NCBI GenBank assembly: GCA_963823035.1
Contig: CAWGKG010000020.1
Coordinates: 192,001 to 256,000, forward strand
Origin: an uncultured Gemmatimonadales bacterium
GTDB taxonomy: Bacteria > Gemmatimonadota > Gemmatimonadetes > Longimicrobiales > Gaopeijiaceae
Reading direction: 5' to 3'
DNA: 64,000 bases
Position numbers and translations under genes: made by a program. Below the pieces are notes generated by a model that made no database searches, was not told the DNA's origin, and was given only the letters and a program-made list of their open reading frames with translations. Shown here in pieces: positions 19,790 through 29,796 of this stretch; the stretch's first letter is position 1, and each line of letters opens with the position of its first letter.

Positions 19790-21178
19790 TCATGCGAGCA
19801 GCGAGAAATCGCCGGTGCTGTCCCCGAACGTCTCGACGTCCTCGAGACCGAGCTTGTGCATCAAGCTCAGCATCACGTTGGCCATCGGCGTGCCGTCCGG
19901 CGCCTTCAGGTGCTGGTTGCCCTGCATGCGCCCGTTCGCGCCACCGGCCACGAAGAGGGGGCAGCGCTTGTGGTTGTGCAGGTTCGAGTCGCCCATGGGC
20001 GACCCGTAGAGGATCATCGTCTTGTCGAGCAGGCTGGCGTCGCCCTCCATCGTCTCCTGCAGGCGCTCGAGGAAGTACGGCACCATGCTCACGTGGTACG
20101 TGTTGATCTTCGCGAAGTCGAGCACGCGGTCCTCGCGGCCGCCGTGGTGCGAGGCCGGGTGGAATGCGGCGTCCACGCCGCTGCCCGGATAGACCCGGCC
20201 GGAGCCGTCGCGCCCCATCTTGAACGAGAAGACGCGCGTCATGTCTGCCGCGAACGCGAGCGTCTGGATGTCGAACATCAGCTTGACGTGCTCCTCGAAG
20301 TCGTCGGGCACGCCGGCGGGAGCACCCATCAGCTCGCGGGGCTCGCCGCTCGTGTTGCGGGCCTCGACGCGCTGGATGCGCCGCTCGATCTCGCGGATGT
20401 TGTCGAGGTAGCGGTCCATGCGCACGCGGTCGGTCGGGCCGAGCTCGCGCTTGAGGTCGGACACCTCGCCGACGATCCAGTCGAGGATGCTGCGCTCCGT
20501 GCGTCGACGCATCGCGCGCTCCTCCGGCGTGCCGCCCGCGCCGAAGATCTGGTCGAAGGCGACGCGGGGGTCGCGGATCATCGGCAGCGGCTCGGTCGGC
20601 GACGCCCAGGAGATCGTGTCCGTGTAGACGCACGCGTAGCCGTACGCGCACCCACCCGCCTGGTCCACGTTCTCGATGCACAGCTGCATCGAGGGGATCG
20701 GCGTCTCCTGCCCGTAGTGCTTGGCGTAGATCTGGTCGAGTGACGTCCCCGCGTGCACGTCCGAGCCCTCGGTCTGCTTCGGGTGCCGTTGCGTGAGGAA
20801 GGTCGCGCTCGAGCGGAAGTGGTCGCCGCCGATCTCCTGCGGCGCCGTCGCCTCAGCCGCGGCCACGTCGGTGTTGCTGACGATGGTCAGGTAGTCGCGG
20901 AACGGCTCCAGGGGCTTCAGGCTGCTCGCCCCGAAATCGAAGTCGCGGCCCACCTGGGCGGGCGACCAGAGGTTCTTCGAGGCGCCGAGCTCGTTCGAGC
21001 CGGCCGCGCCGTGCACCATCTCGATGCACACCAGGCGGGTCTTGTCGATCTCCGCGCTCGTGCGCGCCCACAGCCGGTGCGCCGGCACCATCGCGTCCAG
21101 GAAGGGAAGCGCCACGCTCGCGCCCACGCCGCGGAGGAAGGTGCGCCGGGGGATGTGCCGCTGGGAAAGGAAGTGCAT
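19790..21178 (-). CDS. DUF1552 (HXXSHH) protein with Tat-type signal
   Basis: RRTFLRG..A..ALPFLDAM, GTSLDQ, HPASHH, GDSNLH. Confidence 0.88.
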   Translation of the reverse strand: MHFLSQRHIPRRTFLRGVGASVALPFLDAMVPAHRLWARTSAEIDKTRLVCIEMVHGAAGSNELGASKNLWSPAQVGRDFDFGASSLKPLEPFRDYLTIVSNTDVAAAEATAPQEIGGDHFRSSATFLTQRHPKQTEGSDVHAGTSLDQIYAKHYGQETPIPSMQLCIENVDQAGGCAYGYACVYTDTISWASPTEPLPMIRDPRVAFDQIFGAGGTPEERAMRRRTERSILDWIVGEVSDLKRELGPTDRVRMDRYLDNIREIERRIQRVEARNTSGEPRELMGAPAGVPDDFEEHVKLMFDIQTLAFAADMTRVFSFKMGRDGSGRVYPGSGVDAAFHPASHHGGREDRVLDFAKINTYHVSMVPYFLERLQETMEGDASLLDKTMILYGSPMGDSNLHNHKRCPLFVAGGANGRMQGNQHLKAPDGTPMANVMLSLMHKLGLEDVETFGDSTGDFSLLA

Positions 21179-23671
21179 CGCCTGCGTCTCCTGGATCGAG
21201 TTGCTTCCGGGCTCGTTCGTTCTGAGTGCATGCCGTCCATCGCGGCGTCTTCGTCCGCAACGGCGGTCGCCTTGCTCATGCGGAAGGCGGGACTACGGAT
21301 CACGCCGAAGAGGAAGGACGACATGCGGTAGTCCTGCGCGGCCGCCTCCCGCTCGATGCTCCGTACCGTGGGCATGTCGTAGTACTCGACGCGGCGCCCG
21401 AGCGCGTAGGCCATCAGGTTGCGGATGAACGTCCGCACGAACACGGTCTTGTGGTCGAGCAACGCCGCCCGCAGGTCGGCCGGGCCGGTAAGCGGCGTGC
21501 CGTCGTAGAGCTGCCCGGTGGCGTCCACGGGCATCTCGTTCTCCTTGATGCGCCACGCCCCGGTCACGTCGAAGTTGTCCAGCGCGAGTCCGATCGGGTC
21601 GATCACCCTGTGGCACGACTGGCAGACCGGGTTCGCACGGTGCTCCTCCATCCGCTCGCGGGTGGTCAGCTCCCGGCCCCCGTGCGCGCTCGGCGTCTGG
21701 TCGAAGGCGGGCACCCCGGGCGGCGGCGGCGGCGGCGGGCTACCGAGCAGCACCTCCATGACCCACTTCCCGCGCAGCACCGGTGAGGTCCGGTCCGCGT
21801 GCGACGTGAGCGCGAGCACGCTGCCGTTGCCGAGGAGCCCGCGCCGGTTCGGGTCGGTGAGCGCGACCTTCTGGAAGGCGTCGCCGGTCACGCCGGGGAT
21901 GCCGTAGTGCCGGGCGAGACGCTCGTTGACGAAGGTCGAGTCCGCCGTGATGAGATCGAGCAGGCTCCGGTCGTTGCGCACCAGGTCGAGGAAGAGCAGC
22001 TCGGTCTCGCGGTGCATCGCGTCGGCCAGACGCGCGTCGTAGTACGGGTACAGTTGCGCGTCCGGGTGGATCTTCTCGAGATCCTGCAGCCGCAGCCACT
22101 GCGCCGCGAAGCGCGTGCCCAGCGCGTCCGCGCGCGGATCGTCGAGCATGCGGCGGGCCTGGGCCATCAACGTCTCGGGCTTCGACAGCTCCCCCGCCCG
22201 TGCCAGCCCGATCAGCTCCTCGTCGGGCGGCTCGGCCCACAGGAAGAAGGAGAGGCGCGAAGCCAGGTCGAGGTCGGCGATCGCATAGATGTCCCCGGCC
22301 TTGGCGTCCGCCGGGACCTCCTCGAGCCGGAACACGAAGTGCGGGCTCGACAGGATCGCCTGGAGCGCGGTACGCACGCCGGTCTCGAAGCCGCCGGTCT
22401 CCGCGCCCTCGCGGTAGAAGCGCATCAGGTCGCCGACCTCGTCGTCCTCGAGGGGTCGACGGTACGCCTCGCCCGCGATACGCGACACGATCTGGCGGGC
22501 GCAGGGCGTCTCCTCGTCGGCCGCCGTCGGCCGGCAGACGAAGATCGCGCGCCGCGACGGCGTGTCGGATACGCCGCTGGTCCGGAACGGGCCGCTGATC
22601 GTGAGGTCGCGCAGGTGCGGGCCGGTCGTGATCCCGTAGGCGGTGCCGATCTGCGAGTCCGCGAGGGTGTGGTCGATCGGGGTGATCAGGTCGTCGATCG
22701 GGCCGTCGCGACTTCCTGAGGAAGGCGGCGGAGATGCGCTGCGGCCCGGCGCCACGTGGATCGACAGGCGTCTCCATGCGCATACCGGTCGGATCGGACT
22801 CCGACATCCACCGGTCGATCTCGAGGAGCGCCACGCGCTCGCCGTTGAGCGACACCTCGAGCTTCTCGTCGGGCGACGTCAGCCCGTAGAGGTTGCCGGT
22901 CGGCTCGGGGTGCAGCTCGAGCTCGAAGACGTAGTCGCCGTCGGCGGGGAAGTTGTGCACCACCGAGACCCCACCGCGCGTGCCCAGGGGCGTACCCTCG
23001 ACGTGCACCATCTGCGAGGCGGTCTTGGGCACCTTGTACGTGGTGGAGCTGGGCCCGGCGGCCGGGTCGCCCACCGCCAGGCGGCTGATCTCGCTCGCGG
23101 CGCGCAGGTAGCCCTCGAGCAGCGTCGGCGAGAGCATCTGCACGTCGGCGATGTTGTCGAAGTTCTCGGAGAGCGTCTCGCCGGGCAGGAAGGCGTCCAC
23201 GTCCACGTCGAGCACGAGCATGTCGTGGATGGAGCGGGCGTACTCGGCGCGGTTGAGGCGCTGGAAGGTGCGTCCGCCCGGGTTCGGGCTCGCTGCCGCC
23301 GCCGCGTCGATCTTCGTCTCGAGCGTGGTCGCCAGCGCATCGAGGATCTCGGCGGGAGGCCTCTTGGCGCCGCTCGGAGGCATCATCCCGGCGCGCAGCT
23401 TGTGGATGATCTTCTCGGCGAGCTCGGCGTTCGCCGGGAGCGCGCCGACGTCGAAGTCGGCGAGCGACATGTTGCCGCGGTGCTCCGTGGTGCCGTGGCA
23501 GCGCCGGCAGTTGTAGACGAAGACCGAATTGGCCGAGTCCGCCGTCAACGTGTCCGAAGCCGAACGTCCGCCGGCCGCGGAGAGCGGTCGGAGGGACGGA
23601 GGGGTCGGTACGGCGGCCAGGGTAACCGCCAGGACGGCTGCGCCCAGCATCGCAGACGTGGCTCTTTTCAT
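20917..23671 (-). CDS. DUF1592/PSD1-5 cytochrome c domain protein (frameshifts ~22710-22770; true stop probably near 21180)
   Basis: CRRCHG, MMPP, RLNRAEY, LASRLSFFLW..PPD, TSPVLRGKW, CQSCH..IDPIG; ATG at 23671. Confidence 0.85.
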
Positions 23672-23859
23672 TTCCCGCCTCGGCAAACAGCGAACCTCGG
23701 ATGCCTTCTCCGGATGCGCACCCCGGTGGCTCCCGCGCTTCCCCGCACCCCACGCCGACCCGCGCTCCGGGAGGTCCGGCACGCAACGTGCCAGAATAAG
23801 ACCGATTCCGGTTGTTGGCCAGCGAGCGGAGGGCGGATCGACGCCATGTGCCGCGAACG

Positions 23860-23963
23860 GTAGGGAATCTCCCCACTTCTCCGCCGCGACAATCCCCACC
23901 GGAGCGGCCCTTCTCCTCCCGACACCCCCTGAAATGGGCGCTAGGTAGCTTCTCGTTGGGCCA
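23860..23963 (+). promoter_or_regulatory. Conserved upstream element, copy 2 (before rnfC)
   Basis: Ungapped match (~71/104) to 4407-4510. Confidence 0.75.
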
Positions 23964-24037
23964 TCGGTACTGGTGATGAAGCTCCGGCCGCCGGCGCTGT
24001 CGCGCGGGCGGATCCGCATCTATGCGGACCTAGGGAG

Positions 24038-25429
24038 ATGGACGTGCTCAACCTTTTTGGCGTCACTTTCCGGCATGGCGTGCACCCGCCCGACTCCAAG
24101 AGTCTGACGGAGCACCTGCCGATCCGCCGGATGCCGTTCCCCGAACGCATCGCGCTCCCCCTGCGCCAGCACGCGGGCAAGCCCGCCCGCTGCCTGGTGA
24201 AGAAGGGCGACCGCGTCGAGCGGGGCGACAAGATCGCGGAGGCCGACGGCTACGTGTCGGTGCCGATCCATGCCTCCGCGGCAGGGACCGTCGCCGAGAT
24301 CGGCTGGTGGCCCCACCCGGACGGCTCGATGGCCGAGACCGTCGTGATCGACGTGGAGCGGCACAGCCCGCAGATCCCGCGCCCCCGCCTCGTGCCCGAT
24401 TGGCACGGCCTCACCCCCGACCAGGTGCGCCGGGCCGTCCAGGACGGCGGGGTGGTGGGGCTCGGGGGCGCGGCCTTTCCCACGCACGTCAAGCTGCAGC
24501 CGCCCAAGGACCTGCCGATCGAGTGGCTTCTCGTGAACGGCGCCGAGTGCGAGCCCTACCTGACGACCGACCACCGGACGATGGTCGAGTATCCGGAGAG
24601 GGTGCACTTCGGCATCCGCATCATGATGCAGTGCCTCGGCGCGAAGCGGGCGGTGATCGGCGTCGAGATGAACAAGCCCGACGCGATCGCGGCGCTCGAG
24701 CGCACACGGCCCACCGACATCGACATCACGGTGCAGCCGCTGATCGTGAAGTATCCGCAGGGCGCCGAGAAGATGCTCATCCAGGTCGTGACCGGCCGCG
24801 AGGTGCCTTCCGGCAAGCTGCCGATGCACGTCGGCGCGGTGGTCCAGAACGTGGGCTCGATCGCGACGATCGCCGAGATCTTCGAGACGGGCCTCCCGCT
24901 CATCGAACGCGTCGTGACCGTCACCGGCCCCGGCGTGAAGCGCCCCTCGAACCTGATCATCCCGGTCGGCACGATGCTCGGCGACGTGCTCGACTTCTGC
25001 GGCGGCATCTCGGACGATGCGGCCGAGATCGTCTTCGGTGGACCCATGATGGGCTCCTCGCAGCCCGACATGCGCACTCCGCTCACGAAGGGCACCACGG
25101 GCATCACCGTGCTGACGACGCGAGAGGTGAAGCCGAAGAAGACCTACCCGTGCATCAGCTGCGGGCACTGCCTCGATGCCTGCCCCGTCTTCCTCAACCC
25201 GTCTCAGCTCGGCAAGCTCGCTCAGGCGGGACGCTACGACGCCATGCAGGAGGGGTTCCACCTGCAGGACTGCATGCTGTGCGGGTCCTGCTCGTACGTG
25301 TGCCCGTCCAACATCCCTCTCTCCCAGATGTTCGCCCTCAGCAAGACGGCGCTGCGGAAGCAACAGCAGACGGCTGCTGCCGCCGAGCGGAAGCCCGGAG
25401 TCGCGAAGGAAGGGGACAAGGTCGCCTGA
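24038..25429 (+). CDS. rnfC: Rnf complex subunit C
   Basis: PLRQHAG, GLGGAAFPTHVK, NGAECEPYLT.D, KYPQGAEK, GGPMMG, CISCGHCLDACP, CMLCGSCSYVCP. Confidence 0.95.
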   Translation: MDVLNLFGVTFRHGVHPPDSKSLTEHLPIRRMPFPERIALPLRQHAGKPARCLVKKGDRVERGDKIAEADGYVSVPIHASAAGTVAEIGWWPHPDGSMAETVVIDVERHSPQIPRPRLVPDWHGLTPDQVRRAVQDGGVVGLGGAAFPTHVKLQPPKDLPIEWLLVNGAECEPYLTTDHRTMVEYPERVHFGIRIMMQCLGAKRAVIGVEMNKPDAIAALERTRPTDIDITVQPLIVKYPQGAEKMLIQVVTGREVPSGKLPMHVGAVVQNVGSIATIAEIFETGLPLIERVVTVTGPGVKRPSNLIIPVGTMLGDVLDFCGGISDDAAEIVFGGPMMGSSQPDMRTPLTKGTTGITVLTTREVKPKKTYPCISCGHCLDACPVFLNPSQLGKLAQAGRYDAMQEGFHLQDCMLCGSCSYVCPSNIPLSQMFALSKTALRKQQQTAAAAERKPGVAKEGDKVA

Positions 25430-26430
25430 TGGACACGCCACGCTTCGAACTCACCGCGGCGCCCCACATCAAGGGCCCGGACAGCACGCCCCGGATCATG
25501 TGGTCGGTGGTGGGGAGCCTGGTCCCCGTCGTCCTCGCCGCCGTCTGGTACTTCGGCCCCAGCGCGATCCTGGTCATCGGGGCCTCGACGATCGGCTGTG
25601 TCGCCACCGAGCGCCTCTTCGGTCCCGGGGGATCGCTGCGCGACGGTTCGGCCGCCATCACGGGCCTGCTCCTCGGACTCACCCTGCCGCCCGGCCTGCC
25701 CATCTGGATGGCGTTCCTCGGCGGTGGCTTCGCGATCGGATTCGGCAAGCTGCTCTTCGGCGGCCTCGGCCAGAACATCTTCAACCCCGCCCTTCTCGGG
25801 CGCGCCTTCCTGCAGGCGGCCTTCCCGGAGGCCCTGACCACCTGGCCCGACCTCTCCGGTCCGTGGCAGGCGCTGCGTGGAGACAACTTCGCCTTCCCCC
25901 TGATGGGTGCCGACCCCGTGGCCACGATCACGGGGGCCACACCCCTCGGCCTCATGAAGTTCGAGGGCGCCCACACCGAGTTGGCGCGCCTCCTGATCGG
26001 TTCCACGGGCGGCTCGCTGGGCGAGACGGCCGCCGTCGTGATCCTGCTGGCCGGGGGCTACCTCGCCTTGAAGAAGTACCTCGACTGGCGCGTCCCGGTC
26101 TCGATCTTCGTGACCGTCGCGGTGCTGTCCCAGATCATCCACTTCTTCATCCCCGCGAAGCCCGACGCGCTCTTCATGCTGTTCAGCGGCGGGCTCATGC
26201 TCGGCGCGGTGTTCATGGCCACCGACATGGTGACGTCGCCCACCACGGCGAAGGGCGCGTGGATCTACGGCGTGGGCATCGGCGCGATGGTGGTGCTGAT
26301 CCGGCTGTGGGGCGGGCTCCCCGAGGGGGTGATGTACGCGATCCTGTTCATGAACGCCTTCGTGCCGTTCATCAACCGGGCCACCCAGCCGAGGCTCTTC
26401 GGCACGGGGAAGGAGGCCATGGTCCGATGA
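25429..26430 (+). CDS. rnfD: Rnf complex subunit D
   Basis: APHI, FGGLGQNIFNPA, FMN-attachment TGATPL, GGSLGET, FMATDMVTSP. Confidence 0.95.
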   Translation: MDTPRFELTAAPHIKGPDSTPRIMWSVVGSLVPVVLAAVWYFGPSAILVIGASTIGCVATERLFGPGGSLRDGSAAITGLLLGLTLPPGLPIWMAFLGGGFAIGFGKLLFGGLGQNIFNPALLGRAFLQAAFPEALTTWPDLSGPWQALRGDNFAFPLMGADPVATITGATPLGLMKFEGAHTELARLLIGSTGGSLGETAAVVILLAGGYLALKKYLDWRVPVSIFVTVAVLSQIIHFFIPAKPDALFMLFSGGLMLGAVFMATDMVTSPTTAKGAWIYGVGIGAMVVLIRLWGGLPEGVMYAILFMNAFVPFINRATQPRLFGTGKEAMVR

Positions 26431-27149
26431 GCGAGCAGAAGCTCCCCATGGCCGAAGGCGGTGGCCCCCCGCCTGCACCCATCCAGGTGTCGGCCTCGTC
26501 GGTGCGGCTGATCGGGACGCTCGCCGTCGCGGGCGCACTGGCCGGTCTCGCCATCGTCATGGCGTTCCAGTGGGCCAACCCGCGCATCGAGGCCTACGAC
26601 GCCCTGGTGCTCGCCCAGGCGGTCACCGAGGTGCTGGGCGGCGCCGACCACTACGAGACGGTCTTCGTCGAGAACGGCAAGCTCACGGACGCGCCGCAGG
26701 CCGACACCGCCGGCCTCGATCGCGTCTACGTGGGCTACGACGACAGCGGCAGGCCGAGGGGCGTCGCGCTCAAGGCGGCGGAAGCCGGCTTCCAGGACGT
26801 CATCACGCTGATCTTCGGCTACGACCCGGCGACCGGGGATCTCCTCGGGATGAAGGTCCTGGACAGCAAGGAGACGCCGGGGCTCGGCGACAAGATCCAG
26901 AAGGACACGGCGTTCGTCGGAGGGTTCGACGACGTGGGCACGCCGTTGCTCGGTGTCAAGAAGGGCCAGGGCGCGGGCGGCCACGACGAGGTGGTCATGA
27001 TCACCGGCGCCACGATCTCGTCCCGCGCCGTCATCGGCATCATCAACCACCGGCTGGAGGCGTTGAAGGGACCCGTGGACAGCTACTGGGCGGGCCTCGC
27101 GAGCGGGAGCGCGGGCGGGACCGCGACGCATGGGGGAGGGGGCTCATGA
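26427..27149 (+). CDS. rnfG: Rnf complex subunit G
   Basis: Single TM, GFQD.I, ETPGLG, FMN motif TGATISS. Confidence 0.93.
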   Translation: MSEQKLPMAEGGGPPPAPIQVSASSVRLIGTLAVAGALAGLAIVMAFQWANPRIEAYDALVLAQAVTEVLGGADHYETVFVENGKLTDAPQADTAGLDRVYVGYDDSGRPRGVALKAAEAGFQDVITLIFGYDPATGDLLGMKVLDSKETPGLGDKIQKDTAFVGGFDDVGTPLLGVKKGQGAGGHDEVVMITGATISSRAVIGIINHRLEALKGPVDSYWAGLASGSAGGTATHGGGGS

Positions 27150-27841
27150 GGCAGACCACGCAGCAGGAGGACTTCCTCCGGGGCATCTGGAAGGAGAACC
27201 CGGTGCTCGTGCAGCTCCTGGGGCTGTGCCCCACGCTGGCCGTCACGAACACCGTGGAGAACTCGATCGCGATGGGGCTCGCCACCTTCTTCGTGCTGGT
27301 CGGCTCGAGCATCCTGGTGGCGTCGCTGAAGCGGTGGATCCCGAAGGAGGTGCGCATCAGCGCCTACATCCTCGTCATCGCCACCTTCGTCACGCTGGCC
27401 GATCTCGTGCTCCACGCGGTGGTGCCGGAGATCCACAAGCAACTGGGCGCCTTCATCGCGCTCATCGTCGTGAACTGCATGATCCTGGGCCGCCAGGAGG
27501 CGTTCGCGTCGAAGAACACGGTATGGCGCTCGATCCTGGACGCGGTCGGGAGCGGAGTCGGCTTCATCATCGCGCTGCTGATGATGGGCTCGGTGCGCGA
27601 GATCCTCGGCAACGGGACCTTCCTCGACCACCCGGTCATGGGCCCGCACTTCGAGCCCTGGGTGATCATGATCCTGCCCCCGGGCGGGTTCTTCACGCTG
27701 GGCATCATCCTGCTGACGTTCGGCTGGTGGAAGGAGCGCCGACACGTGCCGGTGCATCCGCGTCGCTGGCCGCACGGCGTGACGACGGCGGTGCAGGGTG
27801 AAGCGACCGAAGCCCTCGAAGCGGGCGCGGGAGGCGCATGA
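27146..27841 (+). CDS. rnfE: Rnf complex subunit E
   Basis: ENPVLVQLLGLCPTLAVT, LIVVNCMILGR, LPPGGF. Confidence 0.95.
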   Translation: MRQTTQQEDFLRGIWKENPVLVQLLGLCPTLAVTNTVENSIAMGLATFFVLVGSSILVASLKRWIPKEVRISAYILVIATFVTLADLVLHAVVPEIHKQLGAFIALIVVNCMILGRQEAFASKNTVWRSILDAVGSGVGFIIALLMMGSVREILGNGTFLDHPVMGPHFEPWVIMILPPGGFFTLGIILLTFGWWKERRHVPVHPRRWPHGVTTAVQGEATEALEAGAGGA

Positions 27842-28416
27842 TGGGCGAGCTCTTCTGGATCCTGATCAGCGCCATGCTGGTGAACAACTTCACCCTGGTG
27901 CTCTTCCTCGGACTCTGTCCGTTCCTCGGCGTCTCCGGCCGGGTCGCGACGGCGCTGCGCATGGGGCTGGCGAACATCTTCGTGCTCGTCATCACCTCGA
28001 TGGTGGCCTCGCTCCTGAACGCGTATGTCCTGCCGTACGCGCCCTACCTGCGGATCATCTCCTTCATCGTGGTGATCGCGTCGCTCGTGCAGATCGTGGA
28101 GATGGCCATCAAGAAGCTGTCACCGACGCTCTTCCGTGAGCTCGGCATCTTCCTGCCGCTCATCACGACGAACTGCGCGATCCTCGGGTTGGCGATCTTC
28201 CAGACCAACCGCGGCTACGGCTTCACCGAGGGTCTGTTCTTCGCGATCGGCGGGGGCGCAGGCCTGACGCTGGCGCTGGTCCTCATGGCCTCCATCCGCG
28301 AGACGGTGGAGCTGTCGGACGTGCCGGCCATGGCCCGGAACATGGGCCTGGTGCTGATCCTGGCGGGGAGCCTGTCGCTGGCCTTCATGGGCTTCGCGGG
28401 GCTGTTCAGCTCATGA
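27838..28416 (+). CDS. rnfA: Rnf complex subunit A
   Basis: NNFTL..FLGLCPFLGVS, LGIFLPLITTNCAILG. Confidence 0.95.
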   Translation: MMGELFWILISAMLVNNFTLVLFLGLCPFLGVSGRVATALRMGLANIFVLVITSMVASLLNAYVLPYAPYLRIISFIVVIASLVQIVEMAIKKLSPTLFRELGIFLPLITTNCAILGLAIFQTNRGYGFTEGLFFAIGGGAGLTLALVLMASIRETVELSDVPAMARNMGLVLILAGSLSLAFMGFAGLFSS

Positions 28417-28562
28417 TCGGCGCGATCTCGGTCCTGGTGATGGCGATGCTGTTCGTGGTCTTCGGCCTGCTGCGTCTCGGAAACGGGAGCGGCTGCGGCA
28501 GCGGCCACTGCGATTCCTGCTCTCACGATTGCGAAATCGAAGCCGACGGGAGGCTTCCATGA
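28413..28562 (+). CDS. 49-aa single-TM Cys-rich peptide (NqrM-like architecture)
   Basis: Hand translation MIGAISVLVMAMLFVVFGLLRLGNGSGCGSGHCDSCSHDCEIEADGRLP; ATGA overlaps with rnfA stop and apbE start. Confidence 0.75.
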   Translation: MIGAISVLVMAMLFVVFGLLRLGNGSGCGSGHCDSCSHDCEIEADGRLP

Positions 28563-29530
28563 ACGTCGATCGCCGTGAATTCCTCGCCCTGGGAGTGGGC
28601 GCTCTCGCCGTGGCGTCGTTGCCGCGCGCGCTGCGCCGCCGGGACCACCTCGTGCGCCGTCAGATCCCCGTGATGGGGACGATCGCGGAGGTCGCGGTGC
28701 GCCACCGCGACGAGCGTTGGGCACAGCAGGCGATCGACGCAGCGCTGGCCGAGCTGCGCCGCGTGGACCGCACGATGACGCGCTTCAGCGCGGACTCCGA
28801 CATCGGCCGCACGAACGGCGCCGCCGGTCGCTACAGCGTGCCGATCTCGGACGACACGGCCGCCGTGCTCTTGGCGGCCCTCGCGTGGGCGGAGGCCAGC
28901 GATGGCCGCTTCGATCCCTGCCTCGGCCGGGTGTCGGAGCTGTGGCACGTCGGCACCCGCCACGCGCCCCCGACCGCCGAGGAGCTGAAGACCGCGGCGC
29001 CGGGGAATCACTATCGTTCGCTCGAGGTGGACCGCGGCGGGTCGGTGGCCCGTGCCTCGCTGGATCGCGGCAACGTGGCGGTCGACCTGGGGGGGATCGC
29101 CAAGGGCTACGGAGTCGATCTGGCGGCGCAGGCGCTGCGCGACCAGGGCATCTTCCACGCGCTCGTGAACGTCGGCGGCGACCTGGTCGCCCTCGGTGTG
29201 GACGAGAACGAGGAGCCGTGGCGCGTCGGGGTGCGTTCTCCCGACCACCTCGACGAGGTCGTCGAGGTCCTGCGCGTCAGCGACCGCGCCGTGGCCACCT
29301 CGGGCGATTATCTGCAGTACTTCCAGTCCGGTGGGCGGCGGTACCACCATCTGCTGGACCCCAGGACCGGAGAGCCGCGTGAAACCGGCATGCGGTCGAT
29401 CACCGTGGAGGCCACCTCGTGCATGGCCGCCGACGCCGCGGCGACCGCGCTCTTCGGTGCAGGCGACGTGACCGCCCGTGACGTCCTGGGGCGTGCCGCC
29501 CCGGGCGCACGCGTCGTTCATCATATCTAG
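28559..29530 (+). CDS. apbE: FAD:protein FMN transferase
   Basis: MGT, FDPCLG, DLGGIAKGY.VD, NVGGD, ATSGDY, HHLLDPRTG, ADAAATA; N-terminal DRREFL. Confidence 0.93.
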   Translation: MNVDRREFLALGVGALAVASLPRALRRRDHLVRRQIPVMGTIAEVAVRHRDERWAQQAIDAALAELRRVDRTMTRFSADSDIGRTNGAAGRYSVPISDDTAAVLLAALAWAEASDGRFDPCLGRVSELWHVGTRHAPPTAEELKTAAPGNHYRSLEVDRGGSVARASLDRGNVAVDLGGIAKGYGVDLAAQALRDQGIFHALVNVGGDLVALGVDENEEPWRVGVRSPDHLDEVVEVLRVSDRAVATSGDYLQYFQSGGRRYHHLLDPRTGEPRETGMRSITVEATSCMAADAAATALFGAGDVTARDVLGRAAPGARVVHHI

Positions 29531-29549
29531 GTCAACCAGGAGGAGCCCC

Positions 29550-29792
29550 ATGGATGCCCGTATCGCGTACTGCGCGACCTGCGACCGCCCGGTCCGCGTG
29601 CTCGTGAAGAAGGAGGCTCCCGCCTGGCCCTCGCCGCACGACATCGAGCCGAACGACGTCGTGTGCCTCGAGCACGGGGAGACGTGTTCGAGCGGGACGG
29701 TGTGCCCGATCTTCGACGTGCCCAGCGAGCAGATGAAGGAGAACCTCGACGAGTTCCGGCGCAACGCGGATGCGAGCGCCGAGGAGGGTTGA
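29550..29792 (+). CDS. Small Cys-rich protein (paralog 1)
   Basis: AGGAGG RBS; AYCATCDRPVR...VVCL...C....CP. Confidence 0.75.
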   Translation: MDARIAYCATCDRPVRVLVKKEAPAWPSPHDIEPNDVVCLEHGETCSSGTVCPIFDVPSEQMKENLDEFRRNADASAEEG

Positions 29793-29796
29793 TCCC

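Noticed and set aside
20917..21178. Long overlap of DUF1592 and DUF1552 genes
   Set aside because: The overlapping tail is not protein-like; probably a lost stop from an indel near 21180-21230
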